NCBI GenBank assembly: GCA_965215605.1
Contig: OZ244070.1
Coordinates: 2,400,001-2,464,000, forward strand
Reading direction: 5' to 3'
DNA: 64,000 nt
DNA from: an uncultured Candidatus Binatia bacterium
Lineage (GTDB): Bacteria > Desulfobacterota > Binatia > UBA9968 > JAJDTQ01
Below, piece after piece: positions 58,449-64,000 of this stretch (the stretch's first letter is position 1; each line of letters starts with the position of its first letter). The translations under genes were made by a program, and so were the position numbers. The notes below the pieces were generated by a model. It saw only the letters and a program-made list of their open reading frames with translations, was not told the origin of the DNA and did no database searches.

Positions 58449-58788
58449 GACCGGGACCCGCCGACTTGGCCTGCGGCGTGCGGATGCGGCGGGGCAGGCG
58501 CTCTTCTTCGAGGCCTAGCCCGATCGGATCGCTCGCGGCGTCCGCCAAGCCTCCCAGTCGGTCCGCCATTCCGAGGACGAAAAGGACCGAGGCGTAGATG
58601 CCCATGGATACGCCGGCGTCACCCTTTTCGACCCGGCCTAGCGTATTGCGGCTTATGAAGGCGCGTTCGGCCATAAGCGCAACGGACACGCGTCGCCGCC
58701 GGCGGGCGGCAGAGATGTCCTGGCCGAGCTTTTTCAGTGCTCGCCGCACGCTCGTTGGCAGGGCTTGTTGGGAACGGGAGTATTTCAT
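58438..58788 (-). CDS. XRE-family HTH antitoxin (HipB-like)
   Basis: LGQDISAARRRR..MAERAFISRNTLGRVEKG; overlaps the hipA start. Confidence 0.85.
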   Translation of the reverse strand: MKYSRSQQALPTSVRRALKKLGQDISAARRRRRVSVALMAERAFISRNTLGRVEKGDAGVSMGIYASVLFVLGMADRLGGLADAASDPIGLGLEEERLPRRIRTPQAKSAGPGHGT

Positions 58789-58884
58789 GTCTCAAAATTA
58801 GGGCATTATCCACTTTAGTGCTCAATTTATAGGGCCAACGTCGCGTTGTAAAGACCGGCCTGGCGGGAGGTTCGACCGCGGCCG

Positions 58885-59676
58885 CTAGTCCCTTTTCAGA
58901 TCGGCTACTGCATCCTGCAACCGACGAATCTCTGATTGCAACTCGGCGAGCGTCGGTTCCGGGGCGGAGGTCTTGGACCTCGCCAACTCGGCCTCTTCAT
59001 GCCCATGCGTCTGCATGGCGTCGACGATGATGCCGATGAACAGGTTCAGCACGGCGAACGACGTGACCAGGATGAACGGCACGAAGAAGACCCAGGCATG
59101 GGGAAAGACTTCCATCACCGGCCGTACGATGCCCATGGACCAGCTTTCCAGGGTCATGATCTGGAACAGGGTATAGGCCGAGCTGCCGATGTTGCCGAAC
59201 CACTCAGGAAAGCGGTCGGCGAACAGGTTGGTGGCCATCACCGAGAACACGAAGTAGATCACCGACAGAAGCATCACCACCGAGCTCATGCCCGGCACCG
59301 CGTGGAGCAGCGCGCCGACCACGCGACGCATGGAGGGCACGGCGGAGATCAATCGAAACACCCGAAGGATCCGCAACGCGCGCATCACCGAGAGGAACTC
59401 GGTGGCGGGAATAAGCGCGATGGCGACAATCAGGGTGTCGAAGTGGTTCCAGCCGTCCCGGACGAAGTCGCGGCGTTGCCCTGCCATCTTGAGCAGGATC
59501 TCCACCACGAACACCCCGAGGATCACCCGGTCGGCCATCTTCAGGAAGCCCCCCGCCGCGTCCATGGCCGCCGGACTGGTCTCCAGCGCCAGCACGACGG
59601 CGTTCAGCACGATCAGGACCGTGATCCAGCGTTGCGTGGCGGGGTGCTCGACAAATGAACGGAGACGTGTGCCCAT
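58885..59676 (-). CDS. Bacterial voltage-gated sodium channel (NavAb/NaChBac-like)
   Basis: S4 RALRILRVFRL, selectivity filter TLESWSM, S6 LNLFIGIIV, C-terminal coiled coil; ATG at 59676. Confidence 0.92.
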   Translation of the reverse strand: MGTRLRSFVEHPATQRWITVLIVLNAVVLALETSPAAMDAAGGFLKMADRVILGVFVVEILLKMAGQRRDFVRDGWNHFDTLIVAIALIPATEFLSVMRALRILRVFRLISAVPSMRRVVGALLHAVPGMSSVVMLLSVIYFVFSVMATNLFADRFPEWFGNIGSSAYTLFQIMTLESWSMGIVRPVMEVFPHAWVFFVPFILVTSFAVLNLFIGIIVDAMQTHGHEEAELARSKTSAPEPTLAELQSEIRRLQDAVADLKRD

Positions 59677-59687
59677 GGCGCGCTCGA

Positions 59688-59807
59688 TCAGGTGGTCAGC
59701 GGATTTCGGGTCGGAAGTTCGGGGAAGCGGCTGAAGTCGCGGTCGGCCGTCCACAGTTTCGTGACGCCGTGGTCGATACACAGGGCGGCCATCCTTGCGT
59801 CGTGGAC
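59688..59807 (-). pseudogene. C-terminal remnant of a VapC/PIN toxin
   Basis: VHDARMAALCIDHGVTKLWTADRDFSRFPELPTRNPL then stop; no N-terminus. Confidence 0.8.
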
Positions 59808-59893
59808 GGATATGGCGACCCATATTATTTTATACGGGTATCCATATCAACGGTTACGATGGCCGGCAACCGCGTCGTTCCCTCGGGCGGCGT

Positions 59894-62800
59894 TCAGTCT
59901 CCACCCGGCTCGAACAACAACTCCGGCACCACCACTTCCCAGGAATCGCACCGGACCGTATCGCGATACTTCGGGTCCGTAATCTCGCGGTCCCACCCGA
60001 TGACGGCGAGTACCGCGGCGGACCGGCAGCGCATGCCGGGGGGCGGCTCGAAGCCTGCGGCGAGGCGCCCCACCACCGCGCCATTGCCGTCCAGCAACTC
60101 CCAGCGGCCGCTGTCCGCCACACGTGTTCGGAGGGCGTCCCCGGGCGTCAGGGCGGCGATGGAACGGTGCGCCCGATCGTGCGCGGGACGGCGGCCGGCA
60201 AAACCCAGGTCCACCTCGCGGAGATTTGGCTGGACACATCGGCGGCGAAGGTCCGCGGAGCCGGGCGGAAGCGTGGCGGGTTGCCGGACCAGGGAGGACC
60301 GGCGCTCGGCCAAGGTCCCCTGGAGCGGATGATCCCCCTCGAACCGCGCCAGCGTCAGGGTTTCCCGGGCCCGCGTCATGGCCACGTAGTACAGCCGCCT
60401 CGGTGCGTCGGGATCCTCGTCGCGGCCAACCCGCTCCCAGCCGCCGTCGAGCACGGCCACGTGATCGAATTCCAGTCCCTTGGCCCGATGGGCCGTGACG
60501 AGGAGCAGGCCGCGTTGCCGCCGGCGAATCTCCCGGCCCCATTCGGCCAGCCACTCGATGAAGTGACCCACGGGGGTTTCGTCGCCGCCGGTCTCCAACG
60601 CGTGCTCTTCGACGGCATTGCGCAACAGCTCGTACCAAGGATTGGAGGGTTGCGTTTCCACCCAACCTCGCACGGTGTCTCCGTCCACGAGTCCGGTGTC
60701 CCGGCTCCGGAGCCAGGTGATGAAGCGGCGGGTCTCGCGCAGTTGCCAGAAAGTCGGGATCTCCTCGTTGCCCATTTGCGCCGGAATTTCGTTGGCCTCG
60801 CAGAACATGCGAACCGGATCCAGATAGCGCCACTCGCGCGCAATCACGGCGCAGCGTCCCCAGTCCCAACTCGGCGACAGGGTAGAGAGGCGCTGCAACT
60901 CCGCCATCACGACCCGTGCCTGGACCACGGGTTCCCATGACTCGGCGCCGCGTGGAACAGGCAGGATCTGCACGCGCCCCCGCCCCAGGGGGTCCAGTTC
61001 CTGCCACGCGCCGCCGGGCGTGTCCTTGGCCCGCGCCGCGTTGACGCGGATCGGATGCTCCTCTTTCATCCGCTTGGCCGCCGTTCCGATCACGGCGTTG
61101 GCCGCATCGATGATGTGGGCGGTGGAGCGGTAGTTCTCGACCAGGTGGATGGGCCGCGGTCCGTAGTGCTGTTCGAAGCGGCGGATGAACTCCACCGAGG
61201 CGCCGTTGAACGCGTAGATGTTCTGGTCGTCGTCACCCACCGCGAACAGGGTGAGCTTGCCGGCGTCGTCCTCAAGGGTGCGTCCGGCCAGCGCCGAGAT
61301 CAGTTCGTACTGGTCGGCGGCGATGTCCTGGTACTCGTCCACGAGGATCCACCGGAACCCGGACAGCAGGCGCGCGCGCTGCTCGTCGGCGTCTTCCGGT
61401 GGAAGCCCTTCGCCGCGCAACAGTCCGGTGGCGCGTCGGAGCACCTCCCGGAACATGTCGGTGTCTGGGCGCTCGGCGCTGCCCGTGAAGCTGGCGCCCG
61501 CCAGACGCATGGCCAGCGCGTGGCAGGTGAGTACGGTGACGCCCCGCGCGTCATCGCCGATCAGTTCCCCGAGCCGGCGGCGAATGTCCACCGCGGCATG
61601 CCGGTTGTAGGCCAGCGCCAGGATGCTGCGGGGGTTCTCCCGCCGCGCGCGTATGAGGTAGGCGATGCGGTGCACCAGCACGCGGGTCTTGCCCGAACCC
61701 GGCCCCGCGAGCACCAGCACGTTGGTCTGCTCGCGGTCGTCGGCGACGATGCGTTGCTGGATCGGATTCCGCAGGCTGTCGACGATGGCCATCCACGAGG
61801 ATGGCGTGGTCTGCCGCTCGATCTCCCGGTCCCGTGCGGGCAGCCAACGGCGCAGGAACGCCTCCTGCTGGAGGGCGAAGTAGTCCATGGCCATGCGGGT
61901 TGCGTCGGCTACGGCCTTGAGGCCGCGCTCGGCGAACTCCACCATCACGTGGATCTGAAGCACCTGGCCCTTGTAGTGCAGGGCCAGGGGTTCGAAGTCG
62001 CTCTTGGCAAAACCCCGCCGCTCCTGTTGCAGGCGGATGGTCATGGCTGGCCGGAACACCGCCAGCCCCTTGTTGAGCTGGATGACCTCCATCTCGTGAA
62101 GCCAGAGCAGGGCGCGGTCCAGCAGCTTGGCGGGCCACCGGACCCGGCTCTTGATCTCCAGGTCGGATTCCATGGCTCGGGTGAGCTTGCCCAGAGTGGT
62201 TTCCGCCAGGAGATCGGTGCCGCGGGCACCCGGCGGCAGGCAGGTGAGAAGGTGCTCCAGCAGGCGCTTGGCACCCTCGCGCCGGAGCCGCGCGGTCTCT
62301 TCCAGCGGCTTCCACTCCCGGTGCAGCGTCACCCGCGCGGTCTCCGGGTCGAGCTTGCGCGCGGTGAGGCTGCCGGGGGCGCCGTCTTCTCCCCGGCCGT
62401 CATAGGCGATGCCGCGAACGATGCGCCACAGCCGTTCGGGCAGGGCACCCGCCAGCCCTTCGTCCCGCAATACCTGAGCGGCCACGCGCAGGTGCAACGA
62501 CGATGTCTCCCCCTTGTCCAGGTCGGGCGCGGCCTCCTGCATGTGCCGGATCAGCGCCGTCTCCAGTTGGGCGGCCTCATCCAGCCGCCTGAGGGATGAG
62601 CGCTCCACCCCCGCGTGGACGAAGGCGGTCACCGCGGTGTCGTTGCTGGCGATGCCCAGCCGCTCCAGGTCGTAGAGCGCGTGTCGCACCCCCTCGGGGC
62701 TGAGTCCGGACACGCCCATCAGGTCGTCGGTGGAGAGTCCCTCGGTGGGTTCGGCATTCATCAGCGCCCTGGCGACGCCCTCCAACTGACCGCGGTAGGT

Positions 62801-64000
62801 GTCCGTGATGGGAGCTCGTTGCAGTAGTTGACGGACCTCCGGTTCGGTGCGCACCCGCAACGACGACGGGAACACCTCCACCCGGTTCTCTTCCCGGGTG
62901 AGCAGCCGCGTTTCCTCCAGCCATGCCACCGCGGTGCGCACACGGGTGTCGTCGGTGGCGGAGTCGCGTTCGAAGATCAGGTCTTCCTCCTCGCCCAGGA
63001 TCTCTCCGGTGGTGGCCACCACCACGCCGCCGAGGCGTTTCTTGCGGTCCAGCCTGCGCAATGCCCGCAGGATGCCGTGAATCTCCTCACGGGTCAGTCG
63101 CGAGCGCGCGGACATGCCGAATTGCCGCTCCACGTCCTCGGGCGAGTACAGCAGCACACAACGGGCGTCGGCCCGGTCCCGGCCGGCGCGCCCCGCTTCC
63201 TGAAGGTAGTTCTCCAGCGAGCCCGGGATGTCGGCGTGAATCACCAACCGTACGTCGGGCTTGTCGATGCCCATGCCGAAGGCGTTGGTGGCGGCGATGG
63301 CGCGCAACTCGCCGTCGATGAAGCGCCGTTGCACCTCCTTCTTGGTTTCCGGCCGCAGACCGGCGTGAAAATGTTCCGCCGCCACGCCCTTCAGCTTGAG
63401 GAACTCCGCCACCTCCTCGCTCTGCCGGCGCGTCGCGCAGTAGATGATGACGCCGCCCGGCGCGTCCGGCGGCAGGTGGTGTGTCAATACGTAGTGAATA
63501 TCGTTGTACTTCCCGCTCTCGGTGGTCGGGATGACCTCGAAGGTGAGATTGGAACGTTCCACGCCGCCGTTGACCACCGCCAGCTCGATGCCGAGCCGAT
63601 CCCGGAAGTGGCGCGTGACGTCGGCCACCACGTCCGGCTTGGCGGTGGCGGTCAGGCACAGCACGGGCGCTATCTCTTCGTTGGAGCGTTCCCGGATGAA
63701 ACGGCCCACGTAGAGGTAGTCGGGCCGGAAGTCGTGGCCCCAGCGCGACAGACAGTGGGCTTCGTCCAGCACCCAGGCGCCGACCTCCCGTTGCCCCAGG
63801 GCGCGCCGCAGAGCCGGGGCCCGGAGTTGCTCCGGAGAGATCAGCAGGATGCCGGCGTCTCCGAGCCGCACCCGGTCCAGCGCGTCGGCGCGCTCGGGCA
63901 TGGACAAGAGCCCGTTGACCGCCACGCAGCAACCGATGCCGCGGGCCTCCAGGCCCGCCACCTGGTCGGCCATGAGCGCCACCAGCGGCGAGATCACCAC
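59894..64000 (-). CDS. RecQ (SF2) - UvrD/Rep (SF1) fused helicase, 5' end outside the window
   Basis: RecQ: DEAHCLSRWGHDFRPDY, AFGMGIDK, QEAGRAGRD. UvrD: AGPGSGKT, VDEYQD, VGDDDQNIY, ENYRS, HRAKGLEF, YVAMTRA. Confidence 0.9.
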   Translation of the reverse strand: MVISPLVALMADQVAGLEARGIGCCVAVNGLLSMPERADALDRVRLGDAGILLISPEQLRAPALRRALGQREVGAWVLDEAHCLSRWGHDFRPDYLYVGRFIRERSNEEIAPVLCLTATAKPDVVADVTRHFRDRLGIELAVVNGGVERSNLTFEVIPTTESGKYNDIHYVLTHHLPPDAPGGVIIYCATRRQSEEVAEFLKLKGVAAEHFHAGLRPETKKEVQRRFIDGELRAIAATNAFGMGIDKPDVRLVIHADIPGSLENYLQEAGRAGRDRADARCVLLYSPEDVERQFGMSARSRLTREEIHGILRALRRLDRKKRLGGVVVATTGEILGEEEDLIFERDSATDDTRVRTAVAWLEETRLLTREENRVEVFPSSLRVRTEPEVRQLLQRAPITDTYRGQLEGVARALMNAEPTEGLSTDDLMGVSGLSPEGVRHALYDLERLGIASNDTAVTAFVHAGVERSSLRRLDEAAQLETALIRHMQEAAPDLDKGETSSLHLRVAAQVLRDEGLAGALPERLWRIVRGIAYDGRGEDGAPGSLTARKLDPETARVTLHREWKPLEETARLRREGAKRLLEHLLTCLPPGARGTDLLAETTLGKLTRAMESDLEIKSRVRWPAKLLDRALLWLHEMEVIQLNKGLAVFRPAMTIRLQQERRGFAKSDFEPLALHYKGQVLQIHVMVEFAERGLKAVADATRMAMDYFALQQEAFLRRWLPARDREIERQTTPSSWMAIVDSLRNPIQQRIVADDREQTNVLVLAGPGSGKTRVLVHRIAYLIRARRENPRSILALAYNRHAAVDIRRRLGELIGDDARGVTVLTCHALAMRLAGASFTGSAERPDTDMFREVLRRATGLLRGEGLPPEDADEQRARLLSGFRWILVDEYQDIAADQYELISALAGRTLEDDAGKLTLFAVGDDDQNIYAFNGASVEFIRRFEQHYGPRPIHLVENYRSTAHIIDAANAVIGTAAKRMKEEHPIRVNAARAKDTPGGAWQELDPLGRGRVQILPVPRGAESWEPVVQARVVMAELQRLSTLSPSWDWGRCAVIAREWRYLDPVRMFCEANEIPAQMGNEEIPTFWQLRETRRFITWLRSRDTGLVDGDTVRGWVETQPSNPWYELLRNAVEEHALETGGDETPVGHFIEWLAEWGREIRRRQRGLLLVTAHRAKGLEFDHVAVLDGGWERVGRDEDPDAPRRLYYVAMTRARETLTLARFEGDHPLQGTLAERRSSLVRQPATLPPGSADLRRRCVQPNLREVDLGFAGRRPAHDRAHRSIAALTPGDALRTRVADSGRWELLDGNGAVVGRLAAGFEPPPGMRCRSAAVLAVIGWDREITDPKYRDTVRCDSWEVVVPELLFEPGGD

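Overview
High-GC bacterial chromosome segment. The gene order (tsaE-lysC-cimA) and the many LLM, amidohydrolase, Mo-hydroxylase and TPP enzymes suggest a deltaproteobacterial/Binatota-like lineage (inference). Bases 1-10.3 kb are housekeeping: nnr, tsaE, lysC, cimA, cysE, mnmA, mtaB, rnc, purM, purN. The rest interleaves metabolic genes with many small accessory or defence cassettes. These include a complete IS3-family element next to a truncated DNA cytosine methyltransferase, two AAA+/DUF4143 genes with a shared promoter palindrome, five intact toxin-antitoxin pairs and two TA remnants. An atypical tRNA-Asn carries a 115-bp IS fragment in its leader. A tightly coupled seven-gene operon reads Xre-RES-membrane/coiled-coil protein-HsdR-HsdS-Schlafen/AlbA ATPase-HsdM. 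There is also a lower-GC RecQ-PRTase + DprA pair, PhoX with a Pho-box-like promoter, a matrixin-otsB-small ORF-ATP-grasp cluster, a NavAb-type sodium channel and a partial RecQ-UvrD double helicase. The best candidates for undescribed systems are the RecQ-PRTase/DprA pair, the RES-Xre/membrane/type I RM/Schlafen operon and the double helicase. No CRISPR array, rRNA or integrase was seen.
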